Of a stretch of DNA of 34,637 bases, positions 26,139 through 34,637 are shown in pieces. The notes below the pieces were generated by a model. The model did no database searches. It worked only from the letters and a program-made list of their open reading frames with translations, and was not told the origin of the DNA. Every line of letters begins with the position of its first letter. The first letter of the stretch is position 1. The stretch comes from Cyanophyceae cyanobacterium (GTDB lineage Bacteria > Cyanobacteriota > Cyanobacteriia > Cyanobacteriales > JBHJGN01): assembly GCA_050331735.1 (NCBI GenBank), contig JBHJGN010000072.1, positions 1-34,637 of the forward strand, written 5' to 3'. The translations under genes and the position numbers were made by a program.

Positions 26139-28655
26139 ATGACTCCAGATTTGGCAACGTGGCTGCAAGAACGAACGGCTCTCAGTATTCTGGACTTTGA
26201 TGTGCTAGAGGCGATCGCCCCCCATCTGGAGGAGCGTACAGTCGAGGCAGAGCAAGTGGTTGTCCAAAGCCAATCTCCTCCTGATGGACTCTATATTCTG
26301 CGCTCAGGACGGTTAGAAAGTAAAGCGTCCCAAGCGGCTAGTCTGCTGACTGGCTCGGTGCTTAATCTGCAAGAGCTGCTTCTCAATCAAGCAGTACAGT
26401 CTACGGTTGTGACCGTTAGTTCCTGCCAGTTCTGGTTTATCTGTGCCGAGCGGTTTCGGGAACTCGCGGCTCAGCACCCCCAGATTACTCAAGTGTTTTC
26501 GCAGCAGCTAGCTGAGGAGGTGAAAGAATTATCCTCTCAGCTTGTGTTTGAACAGGAACGACAGCTCATCCTCCGTCCCTACCTGGTGAGTAAAGCCAGA
26601 AGAGGAGTAATCGGCAAAAGCCGCTACGCGGTGAAGCTACGATCACAGATTAAAGAAGCCGCTCAGCACCGCCATTCTGTTGTCATCTTTGGTGAACCGG
26701 GTCTGGAAAAAGATAATTTAGCAGCGTTAGTTCATTTTGGGTCTTCGGCTCGCCGAGAGGCCATTATCAAAATCGACTGCGCCAACGTGCAGGCTAGCGG
26801 TGCGGAACTGTTTGGGCGTGCGGGTGGTAAACCGGGGCTGATTGAATCGTTAGGAGAAGGGACACTTATCCTCAACAATATCCAGGAACTAGAGAAAGAA
26901 CTGATCCCGGCGATCGCCGATTTGCTCACAACCAATTCCTACACTCCCGTGATTCGTCCCGGAGAACCGTTACCCAGCAAGCAAACCTGTCACGCTCGCC
27001 TTATCCTGATTTCTGAGCAGAAAGTGCCAGAAATTGATGCCGCAGCAAACAAGCTCATTAAAGTCCCGCCGCTGCGGGTTCGCAAATCAGATATTGGCGA
27101 TTATGTCAACTATTTTATCAGCCTAATCTGTCGCGATCGCGGGCTTCAAAAGATTCGCATCACCACCGAAGCGCTGCGGAGACTCCAGGCATACGATTTT
27201 CCGAATAATTTAAGAGAGTTAGAAAACTTGGTTGAGCGGGCGATCGTACAGCTAGAAGGCGCTTCTGAACTCACCGAAGAAATTATCTGGCCCTCCCAAA
27301 GCAAGAAAAAACAGTTTCGCTTCAACCTGCTCAACGCTTATCCAACCCTGCGTCGCTTTCTCCGCAGTCCGTGGTGGCCCGACCGCCTCAACTACTGGCT
27401 GGTTTTACCCGTTTTTGCCTTTGTAGTGGCGGTGCTGTTCGTCGGTCCCCAAAATCGCTCTGAGAATTTTGCTCTCACTCTATTCTGGGCGTGGTGGTGG
27501 CCCCTGGTTTTGCTGATTTTTCCCTTCTTCGGTCGGGTTTGGTGTGCCGTTTGCCCGTTTATGATTTATGGGGAAGTAACGCAAAAGCTCTCTCTGTGGC
27601 TGTTTCCCCGTCAGCTTAAGCGCTGGCCCCGGCAGGAGGCGGAACACTGGGGAGGCTGGTTTTTGTTTGGCTTGTTTACCTTGATCTTGCTCTGGGAGGA
27701 AGTGTGGGATTTAGAAAACACCGCCTATCTCTCCGCCTGTCTGCTGCTGCTGATTACGGCAGGGGCAATGATTTTTTCGGCCCTGTTTGAGCGTCGTTTC
27801 TGGTGTCGCTATCTGTGTCCGATTGGCGGCATGAACGGAATGTTTGCCAAACTGTCGATGACGGAACTCCGAGCGCAGCAGGGCACGTGTTCGGCTGAAT
27901 GTACTACCTATCAGTGCTATAAAGGCGGACCCCAAAAAGGCGAGGGCATGGCAACCGGGGGCTGTCCGCTGTATTCTCACCCGGCTCAACTCGAAGATAA
28001 TCGGGACTGTGTGCTGTGCATGACCTGCTTGAAAGCCTGTCCGCACCGTTCTGTGGAGTTTAATCTTCGTCCCCCCGGTATCGAATTGTGGACAACCCAC
28101 GTTCCTCGCTCCTATGAGGTGGCGTTGCTGCTGCTGCTGCTCGATGCGGTTTTTCTGCACCGCTTGCCGGAAATTAACGCTTGGCTCGGATTGGGTCTAG
28201 ATTTCACCTCGTTCTCGATTCACGTTGGGGTAGCGGCGGCGGCTTTAAGCGTTCCTGCCCTCGTGCCTCTCCTCGGTTACGGGAGCGTGCGGCTCGTGTA
28301 TCAGTTCAATCGCAAGGTTAAGCCCCGCCGATGGGTTGAATTAGCCTACGGGTATTTGCCGCTCGTATTAGGCGCTAATTTAGCCCACTATCTCCGCCTG
28401 GGGCTGAATGAGGGAGGACGAATCATTCCCATTGGTTTAGCGACCTTCGGACTCAGCGGCGAAGGCATGCCGGTACTGGTTGCTCACCCAGCGGTAATTG
28501 CCTTTTTGCAGGGCAGTATCCTCATTGCCGCAGTGATTCTCTCGATGGTGCTGACCCAGAAAATTGCTCGTCAGCCGTTCAAATTGCTGTTGCCGCAGCA
28601 CGGGAGCGCGATCGCTCTTGGAATAATGTTCTGGCAGATTATCGTCGGCTGGTAA
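26139..28655 (+). CDS. cNMP-binding + sigma54-activator-like AAA+ + membrane 4Fe-4S polyferredoxin fusion protein
   Basis: CAP-ED-like N-terminus (GLYILRSG); IFGEPGLEKD, ELFG, GTLILNNI, PPLRVRKSDI and YDFPNNLRELEN; then TM helices with RVWCAVCP, RFWCRYLCP and CVLCMTCLKACP. Confidence 0.9.
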   Translation: MTPDLATWLQERTALSILDFDVLEAIAPHLEERTVEAEQVVVQSQSPPDGLYILRSGRLESKASQAASLLTGSVLNLQELLLNQAVQSTVVTVSSCQFWFICAERFRELAAQHPQITQVFSQQLAEEVKELSSQLVFEQERQLILRPYLVSKARRGVIGKSRYAVKLRSQIKEAAQHRHSVVIFGEPGLEKDNLAALVHFGSSARREAIIKIDCANVQASGAELFGRAGGKPGLIESLGEGTLILNNIQELEKELIPAIADLLTTNSYTPVIRPGEPLPSKQTCHARLILISEQKVPEIDAAANKLIKVPPLRVRKSDIGDYVNYFISLICRDRGLQKIRITTEALRRLQAYDFPNNLRELENLVERAIVQLEGASELTEEIIWPSQSKKKQFRFNLLNAYPTLRRFLRSPWWPDRLNYWLVLPVFAFVVAVLFVGPQNRSENFALTLFWAWWWPLVLLIFPFFGRVWCAVCPFMIYGEVTQKLSLWLFPRQLKRWPRQEAEHWGGWFLFGLFTLILLWEEVWDLENTAYLSACLLLLITAGAMIFSALFERRFWCRYLCPIGGMNGMFAKLSMTELRAQQGTCSAECTTYQCYKGGPQKGEGMATGGCPLYSHPAQLEDNRDCVLCMTCLKACPHRSVEFNLRPPGIELWTTHVPRSYEVALLLLLLDAVFLHRLPEINAWLGLGLDFTSFSIHVGVAAAALSVPALVPLLGYGSVRLVYQFNRKVKPRRWVELAYGYLPLVLGANLAHYLRLGLNEGGRIIPIGLATFGLSGEGMPVLVAHPAVIAFLQGSILIAAVILSMVLTQKIARQPFKLLLPQHGSAIALGIMFWQIIVGW

Positions 28656-28659
28656 ATCG

Positions 28660-29208
28660 TTAGCGATCGCGTAATTCAATCACGTCTTCTTTGATGGTGA
28701 TATCGTAATTGCCAAAAAAGTCCTGTCCGAGTAGCCCAATTTCTAGAGATGGCGAGATCCCCACTACTAAATCGGTTGCCGTAATGTCACTGACCGTTAC
28801 AGAATCAACGCGACTTGTCGCCATAGAAACGCCATTCTCGCTGGCGGTATTAACGAGAATTGCTCCTTCTGGAACGAGAGCTAACGCTTTTGCTACCTCA
28901 GAGGTTAGGGCTGTCGAACTAGCCCCGGTATCCCAGAGCATCTCAAAAGTTTGATTTTCGTTAAATACAACATCAATCACTGGAGTTCCCCCTTGTCTGC
29001 GCTTAATGGGAACTTGATATAGCCCCGGAGTCGGCGTATCAGCTTGGCTAGCATCACCGCAAACAAAATCTAGGTCAATGAGTCGTCCGCTAGAGCTCAG
29101 CATGAAACAGCCTGGATATTTCTGTGCAGAAGCAGCTAGGGGAGACAAAGACAGTCCGGCGAGTACCAATAATACGCTCAATGACTTCGTTGACATGCGG
29201 TATACCAA
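28660..29208 (-). CDS. Secreted retropepsin-like aspartyl protease
   Basis: Signal peptide, CFM...G..IDL..VC N-terminal motif, WDTGAS catalytic motif and GLLGQDFF. Confidence 0.88.
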   Translation of the reverse strand: MVYRMSTKSLSVLLVLAGLSLSPLAASAQKYPGCFMLSSSGRLIDLDFVCGDASQADTPTPGLYQVPIKRRQGGTPVIDVVFNENQTFEMLWDTGASSTALTSEVAKALALVPEGAILVNTASENGVSMATSRVDSVTVSDITATDLVVGISPSLEIGLLGQDFFGNYDITIKEDVIELRDR

Positions 29209-29277
29209 TCGTTGAAGGGGCTATAGAAACAGTATTCCCCAGCAAAGCTATGAAAGTAACAGCCATTCGCTCGAACA

Positions 29278-29484
29278 ATTGTTCCTCCGGGACGGGCAAG
29301 GGGAAATAGTTCTGTGCGGAACGGGGAAGCGGTGCGACCCCGCGCCGCCGGAAGGCGTAAGGGAACGCGCACCAAGACAGGGTGAACAAGCTAGTTTATT
29401 CCCCCTTTTCCCTTTCCCCCTTCCCCTTTCCCCGTTGCGTTCGCGTAGCGTCTCCGCAGGAGAAGCAACTTCCCCTTTTCCCCC
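29278..29484. repeat. Composite repeat: mini-hairpins, ~59-nt structured unit (29324-29382), pyrimidine arm and nested unit (29434-29469)
   Basis: Read directly from the sequence; the structured unit recurs inverted at 30655-30713. Confidence 0.88.
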
Positions 29485-29519
29485 AGCTTTAAATTTATGT
29501 AGCACTAAGAAAGCCCGAA

Positions 29520-29900
<381 letters not shown>

Positions 29901-30017
29901 TTATCGCCGTACTCAGACAAGATTCTACAATTGTTGGGCTGGTGTCTGTCTAAAACAGCGGATAAGATAGTAGCCTGCTCCACAGCGAATCAGATTATCA
30001 GTTGAACTACCGACCGT

Positions 30018-30602
30018 ATGACTAACCGTATCTGCTTTAAATTGGCCCTGAGCATTGTTTTGGCTGCTTTGACAATCAACGATGGGAAAACCGTTGCCGC
30101 AACGATTGATTTTATTCAGGGAGACTTTGAGGAAAATTTGTTTGTGCAGGGGCAATTTCGAGGAGAAGATCGCAATGGCAATTATCGTTTAGAACTTTCT
30201 GAACTAGAAACCTTTGCTGTGACTCTGCAATCTAATCAACTAACAACAGTTCTATACAAAGCAGATTTAGCGGATTTATCAGAGTTTACTTTTAGCTATG
30301 CAGGCAGCGATAATAATTACGAAGATTCGCTTCAGTTCAAAATTGATCATTCAAATTTTGAGATCGAACTTGATGCCTCTCCGGTTGTTGGTAACAGTAC
30401 AGTGACATTCGGTGGAGATACATACTCATTAGAAGGGCCTTTGGGTTTGCCCATTGAGACTGATTCTCAATCTCCTCAAGGAGTGCCAGAAAAAAGCGGA
30501 ATCGTCAGTATAATCAGCTTAGGAGCAGTAGGACTAAGCGCGGGAAAGCCGCTATCGCTGCGGGGAAAGGGCAAGGGGGAAGGGGAAAAGGGAAAATTGT
30601 AA
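30018..30602 (+). CDS. Secreted PEP-CTERM-like protein with repeat-derived tail
   Basis: Signal peptide, acidic body, VPEKS followed by hydrophobic GIVSIISLGAVGL; the last ~14 codons come from GGGGAAA repeats. Confidence 0.65.
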   Translation: MTNRICFKLALSIVLAALTINDGKTVAATIDFIQGDFEENLFVQGQFRGEDRNGNYRLELSELETFAVTLQSNQLTTVLYKADLADLSEFTFSYAGSDNNYEDSLQFKIDHSNFEIELDASPVVGNSTVTFGGDTYSLEGPLGLPIETDSQSPQGVPEKSGIVSIISLGAVGLSAGKPLSLRGKGKGEGEKGKL

Positions 30603-30741
30603 AAGGTTATTCCTCAGCTTTGCGTTATTTCCCCGTTCCGGAGGAACTATTTCCCCCTGTCTTGGTGCGCTACCCAATGCGCCTTTCGACGGCGCGGGGT
30701 CGCACCGCTTCCCTGTTCCGGAGGAACTACTTTTCCCTTCT
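30541..30741. repeat. Composite repeat between convergent genes: purine arm, two reverse mini-hairpins and an inverted structured unit
   Basis: GTTCCGGAGGAAC at 30635 and 30715; unit 30655-30713 resembles the reverse complement of 29324-29382. Confidence 0.88.
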
Positions 30742-30970
30742 CCGACCCCAAGGGACTTTTAGCAGGGACCGGGTCGTACCCTCCAGGATGAAAGGGATGA
30801 CAGCGCAAAATTCGTTTGAGGGCTAACCAACTGCCTTGAAGTGCCCCAAATCTATCGATTGCCAGGAGTGCATACTGAGAACACGTGGGGTGAAAGCGGC
30901 AGGTGGGAGGAAACAGAGGAGATATGAATTGTCTATAGCTTCTAATGAGCCAGAGCAATAGGTTTTTCAT
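30647..30970 (-). CDS. yidD: Membrane protein insertion efficiency factor YidD with repeat-derived C-terminal extension
   Basis: YRQFISP...[10 protein letters not shown]...[17 protein letters not shown]. Confidence 0.93.
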   Translation of the reverse strand: MKNLLLWLIRSYRQFISPLFPPTCRFHPTCSQYALLAIDRFGALQGSWLALKRILRCHPFHPGGYDPVPAKSPLGSEKGKVVPPEQGSGATPRRRKAHWVAHQDRGK

Positions 30971-31016
30971 GGGACGGCGATCACTATACAGTAGAAATAG
31001 ATTCTCTGTATCATAG

Positions 31017-31715
31017 TTGACTGAATTGTTTTCTCTATTCTTTAATCCTTCTCCGCTGTGGTTCTCGTTGAGTTTGGTTTTCCTCTATTTAGGAAGCCTG
31101 ATTCTGTTGGCGGAGACACTGAATCGCTTGACGGCAGCGGATGCCGAACTCACTCGCAAAGTTGTACATATTGGGACAGGTAACGTTATTTTACTGGCCT
31201 GGTGGCTACAGATTCCGGCTTGGGTCGGTATTGGGGCAGCGGTGATGGCCTCGGCAACGGCTTTGCTATCTTATTTTGTGCCGATTCTGCCTAGCATTAA
31301 CAGTGTCGGACGGCAGAGTTTAGGCACTTTTTTTTACGCTGTCAGTATTGGGATTTTGGTAGCCTGGTTTTGGTCCATCCATCGCCCTGAATACGCTGCT
31401 ATTGGTATTCTCACCATGACCTGGGGCGACGGCATGGCGGCGGTGGTAGGACAGCGCTTTGGCAAACATCTTTATCACGTCCTGGGGATAACAAAGAGTT
31501 GGGAAGGATCGCTGACGATGGCGGCTGTCAGTTTGCTGGTGACGGGGGTGATTCTGGTAGCCGTTGATCAGCCTTTAGGAACGGTAAGCACAGTCTCTTT
31601 GGCAGTGGCAGTGATTGCAACTGGTTTGGAGGCGTTTTCCAAGTTAGGAATCGATAATCTGACGGTTCCGCTGGGCAGTGCTGCCGCTAGCTTCATTTTG
31701 TGTCAACTCTGTTAA
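31017..31715 (-). other. Placeholder check: no credible minus-strand gene here; see the plus-strand CDS at the same coordinates
   Basis: The ORF track shows no minus-strand ORF in this interval; the coding signal is on the plus strand. Confidence 0.05.
31017..31715 (+). CDS. Phytol/dolichol (polyprenol) kinase family membrane protein
   Basis: [31 protein letters not shown] and GIDNLTVP; multiple TM helices. Confidence 0.9.
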   Translation: MTELFSLFFNPSPLWFSLSLVFLYLGSLILLAETLNRLTAADAELTRKVVHIGTGNVILLAWWLQIPAWVGIGAAVMASATALLSYFVPILPSINSVGRQSLGTFFYAVSIGILVAWFWSIHRPEYAAIGILTMTWGDGMAAVVGQRFGKHLYHVLGITKSWEGSLTMAAVSLLVTGVILVAVDQPLGTVSTVSLAVAVIATGLEAFSKLGIDNLTVPLGSAAASFILCQLC

Positions 31716-31824
31716 TTAAAACCAAACCAGAAAAGGATGTACCGATCCTTCTCAAAGAGTTAATATTAGTAAACTTCCCTCCTAAATCATTCGCTTCTCA
31801 AACCCTTTATCTCCTAAGAAGACA

Positions 31825-32697
31825 GTGGTATTTACAGTCGCCCTGAAACAAGAACAGTACCCCACCTATGTATTGAGCGATCGCGAAGCGCAGTCTCGTT
31901 TAGAAGTGGTTCCTGAACGCGGGGGGATGGTGACTCGCTGGCGCATTCAGGGTCAAGAGATTCTTTACCTAGATGAAGAACGCTTTGCCGATTCCCAAAA
32001 AAGCGTTCGGGGTGGCATTCCCATTCTGTTTCCCATTTGTGGCAACCTCCCTGACAATACCTACACTCATCGAGGCAAACAATACACCCTCAAGCAGCAT
32101 GGCTTGGCCCGCGACCTTCCTTGGCACGTGACCGAACAGGATACCCAAGATAGCGCCAGCATTACCCTGGTTCTCAATAGCAACAATACGACCTATACCG
32201 CTTATCCGTTCGATTTTCAGCTTGTCTTTACCTATCGGCTGCGGGGAAATTCTTTAGAGATTCAGCAGCGCATTACGAATCAGTCTCAGGAAAGCATGCC
32301 CTTTTCTGTCGGGCTGCATCCTTACTTCTTGATTAGCGACAAAAACAAACTAGACTTTGACATTCCGGCTTCTCAGTATCGGGACCAACTCACCCAAGAA
32401 ACCCACTCTTTTAGCGGCGATTTTGACTTTGACCAAGAAGAAATCGACGTGGCTTTTACTTCCATTACCGCCTCTACCGCTGGCTTTACTGGCAACCAGC
32501 GTCGCTATCGCGTGAGCATTGAGTACTCTGAGCTTTACTCAACTTTGGTTTTCTGGACTGTTAAAGGCAAACAGTATGTCTGTCTTGAACCCTGGAGTGC
32601 GCCCCGCAATGCCCTCAATACCGGAGAACAGCTTACTACCATCGATCCGGGCAGCAGCTATGAGGCATCGGTAAAAATGCGCGTTAGCTATTACTAA
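31825..32697 (+). CDS. Aldose 1-epimerase (galactose mutarotase-like) family protein
   Basis: RGGIPILFPICG, QHGLAR, YPFDF, GLHPYF and VCLEPW. Confidence 0.93.
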   Translation: MVFTVALKQEQYPTYVLSDREAQSRLEVVPERGGMVTRWRIQGQEILYLDEERFADSQKSVRGGIPILFPICGNLPDNTYTHRGKQYTLKQHGLARDLPWHVTEQDTQDSASITLVLNSNNTTYTAYPFDFQLVFTYRLRGNSLEIQQRITNQSQESMPFSVGLHPYFLISDKNKLDFDIPASQYRDQLTQETHSFSGDFDFDQEEIDVAFTSITASTAGFTGNQRRYRVSIEYSELYSTLVFWTVKGKQYVCLEPWSAPRNALNTGEQLTTIDPGSSYEASVKMRVSYY

Positions 32698-32702
32698 GTC
32701 CC

Positions 32703-32731
32703 TTGGATTGTCTTGAAGGATGTGTTATACT
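32703..32731 (+). promoter_or_regulatory. sigma70-type promoter of tRNA-Lys
   Basis: TTGGAT-N17-TATACT with extended -10 TG, about 30 nt upstream of the tRNA. Confidence 0.65.
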
Positions 32732-32763
32732 TATAAACCGTGCGACTAACGCACAGTACTTAC

Positions 32764-32835
32764 GGGTCGCTAACTCAACGGTAGAGTATCCGGCTTTTAA
32801 CCGGCAAGTTCTGGGTTCGAATCCCAGGCGACCCA
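32764..32835 (+). tRNA. trnK: tRNA-Lys (anticodon TTT), CCA not encoded
   Basis: Acceptor stem GGGTCGC/GCGACCC plus discriminator A; D arm ACTC...GAGT; anticodon loop CTTTTAA; T arm CTGGG-TTCGAAT-CCCAG. Confidence 0.97.
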
Positions 32836-32893
32836 TCGGCAAGGAATTAGAATTGTCTGAGCTTTTTCCCTTTGTTAAATAAGAAGCCTCCTT

Positions 32894-33730
32894 CTATTCT
32901 TCTAATGCCAGTTGATAAAGGTGGCGGCGAGGAAGGTTAGTCAGTTGGGCAAGCTGGCGGCTGGCTTGCGATCGCGTCAACCCCTGCTCGATCAGTTGCC
33001 GAAGTTCGGCTTTAATCTGGTCTTCTGAGAGGACGACATCAGCAGGAGAAGCACCAGCAACAACGAGGGTAAATTCTCCTTTGGGGTGGCGTTGTTGTTC
33101 AATGGCTTGAGCAACGGTTCCGCGCCAAAACTCTTCGTGGAGTTTGGTGAGTTCCCGCGCTAGAACCAGGCGGCGATCGCCCCCTAGAACGTCGGCTAGA
33201 TCGACGAGGGTTTGCTGGAGACGGTGAGGCGCTTCGTAGAGAATCAGCGACCGGGTTTCGTTTTGTAAAGATATTAGGCGATCGCGCCTCGCTTTTCCTT
33301 TAGCTGGCAAAAACCCTTCAAAGCAGAAGCGCTCAGTCGGCAGTCCAGAAGCAGCGAGGGCAGTAATGGCGGCGGTAACTCCCGGTATCGGGATGGCAGT
33401 GACCCCCGCTTCAACACAGGCTTTGACGAGTTCGTACCCCGGATCGGATACTCCCGGCATGCCTGCATCGGTAACGAGGGCGATCGCGCTTCCTCCTCGA
33501 AGACGATCCAGCAATTCAGCCGTTCGCATCGCCTGATTGTGTTCGTGATAGCTGATCTGCGGAGTGGTAATCTGAAAATGCTGCAATAGCTTGCCAGTAC
33601 GACGGGTATCTTCTGCCGCGATCAGGTCTGCCGTCTGTAAGACTCGCACCGCTCGATAGGTGATATCCTCCAAGTTACCAATGGGCGTTCCTACTAAATA
33701 AAGCGTTCCAGATGTTAGTCGATCGTTCAT
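32894..33730 (-). CDS. rsmI: 16S rRNA (cytidine1402-2'-O)-methyltransferase
   Basis: LYLVGTPIGNLEDIT.RA, AAEDTR, SYHEHN, DAGMPGVSDPG, FEGFLP, YEAPHR and ARELTKLHEE. Confidence 0.97.
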   Translation of the reverse strand: MNDRLTSGTLYLVGTPIGNLEDITYRAVRVLQTADLIAAEDTRRTGKLLQHFQITTPQISYHEHNQAMRTAELLDRLRGGSAIALVTDAGMPGVSDPGYELVKACVEAGVTAIPIPGVTAAITALAASGLPTERFCFEGFLPAKGKARRDRLISLQNETRSLILYEAPHRLQQTLVDLADVLGGDRRLVLARELTKLHEEFWRGTVAQAIEQQRHPKGEFTLVVAGASPADVVLSEDQIKAELRQLIEQGLTRSQASRQLAQLTNLPRRHLYQLALEE

Positions 33731-33792
33731 GATGCTTAAGGAGTTAGCGCTTTGTATTGGGAATCACCACCACTGACTGAGACTGCCCAGAA

Positions 33793-34497
33793 CTATCCAG
33801 TTGTCCTTTCAACAGGAAACTGAACTTCTGTGACATACTGGGATGGGTCTCCGTCTCGCTCGTACTGGAGGTAAATCTCGCGATTAGCACCAGCGACAGC
33901 ATAGCCATTTTTACCGATCCACTCTAGTAAAGCATTATAGGCTTGTCCGAGCGTGGCGAACGAGCCGCGATGCACCACACATGCCATCGTTTCCACTCCC
34001 GGCAGCTCGTAGACCCATACTCGCTCATTGCCCGCAATTGTTGTCTCAATCGGTGCAGCCGCTTCAACAGGAATGTGGCGATCGCGTAATTTAGTATCGT
34101 GATAGATAGAGATCCCACCTCCAGCGCAGTTAGCGCCCTGACGAGCAACATAGTTATAAGCTTCATCAAATAAACGATCAAAGATAGGTCCGCAGTCCTG
34201 ATAATTAGGAATCACCCCAACAGCAGCAGCCACTAACTGAGGTACGACAGGTTTAAGAATCACTTCATAATTTGGCATTTTTCCCTCTTCAATTTCTTGT
34301 AAACGGATTTCTAGACGCTGTAACCGCGTTTGGTCTGCCGAAATTCGCTGCTGCATCTCCGAGAGCTTCAATCGCAACATCCCTTTAATTTCTTCAGCAG
34401 AAATCTTTTCATCAAGCAGATGACCAATCTGTTCCAAAGAGAATCCTAATTCCTTAAAAACCAGAATCCGGTGCAGGCGCTCGAGTTGAGCGGTTGA
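33793..34497 (-). pseudogene. MerR-family regulator with GyrI-like effector domain, 5' end removed by IS insertion
   Basis: STAQLERLHRILVFKELGFSLEQI is the second half of the MerR DNA-binding domain; the HTH and GYRYY wing are missing. The GyrI-like domain (HRGSF..L..AY..L..WI, REIYL) is intact. Confidence 0.85.
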
Positions 34498-34637
34498 TAC
34501 CATTTCTTGAAAAGAAAGCACTGGCTTAGATAAGCTAAGACAAGCAGGAACTTAGAGAGGGAAGGAATGGCAAGTGTTTATAACGTTGAGGTGAAAGAAA
34601 GCGCTGAAGAACTCAAAGAACTACTAAGAGGACAAAC
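34498..34637 (+). mobile_element. Left end of an IS630-family-like insertion sequence; transposase starts at 34567 and runs off the window
   Basis: MerR homology stops at a TA (34498-34499). A purine-rich SD and ATG give MASVYNVEVKESAEELKELLRGQ, which resembles cyanobacterial IS630 transposase N-termini (recognised from memory). Confidence 0.7.

Noticed and set aside
32764..32835. tRNA-Lys as an integration site
   Set aside because: No integrase, and I found no duplicate of the tRNA 3' end; flanked by housekeeping genes.

Overview
Cyanobacterial chromosomal window: petC-petA are present, HIP1 octamers (GCGATCGC) occur about 30 times by eye, and GGGGAAA-type short tandem repeats sit between genes. 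From left to right: (1) an AT-rich patch (1-2100) of joined minus-strand gene fragments, namely a 5'-truncated cas1 missed by the ORF track, a broken filamentous-haemagglutinin-domain gene and a frameshifted AraC-like N-terminus; (2) tatC, a DUF3067 gene and petC-petA with a terminator; (3) an AT-rich tract followed by four DnaA-box-like 9-mers at exact 21-bp phasing; (4) a co-oriented ~12 kb glycosylation cluster (three COG4671/GT28-like, one GT4, two GT2, an ABC exporter, an aldo/keto reductase and a histidine phosphatase) converging on a kinase/OmpR regulator/lone receiver module; (5) an SDR, an unannotated 35-aa membrane ORF, a TPR protein, a MazEF-type toxin-antitoxin pair, a nucleoside deoxyribosyltransferase, a PD-(D/E)XK nuclease, a cNMP-AAA+-polyferredoxin fusion, a retropepsin, a HIT protein, a PEP-CTERM-like protein, yidD, a phytol-kinase-like gene, an aldose epimerase, tRNA-Lys(TTT) and rsmI; (6) a MerR/GyrI regulator cut off by an IS630-like element at the right edge. 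A family of very small covarying hairpins embedded in GGGGAAA repeats occurs at least 14 times and supplies the stop codons or C-termini of four genes. All family assignments come from motif recognition by eye; no database search was run.
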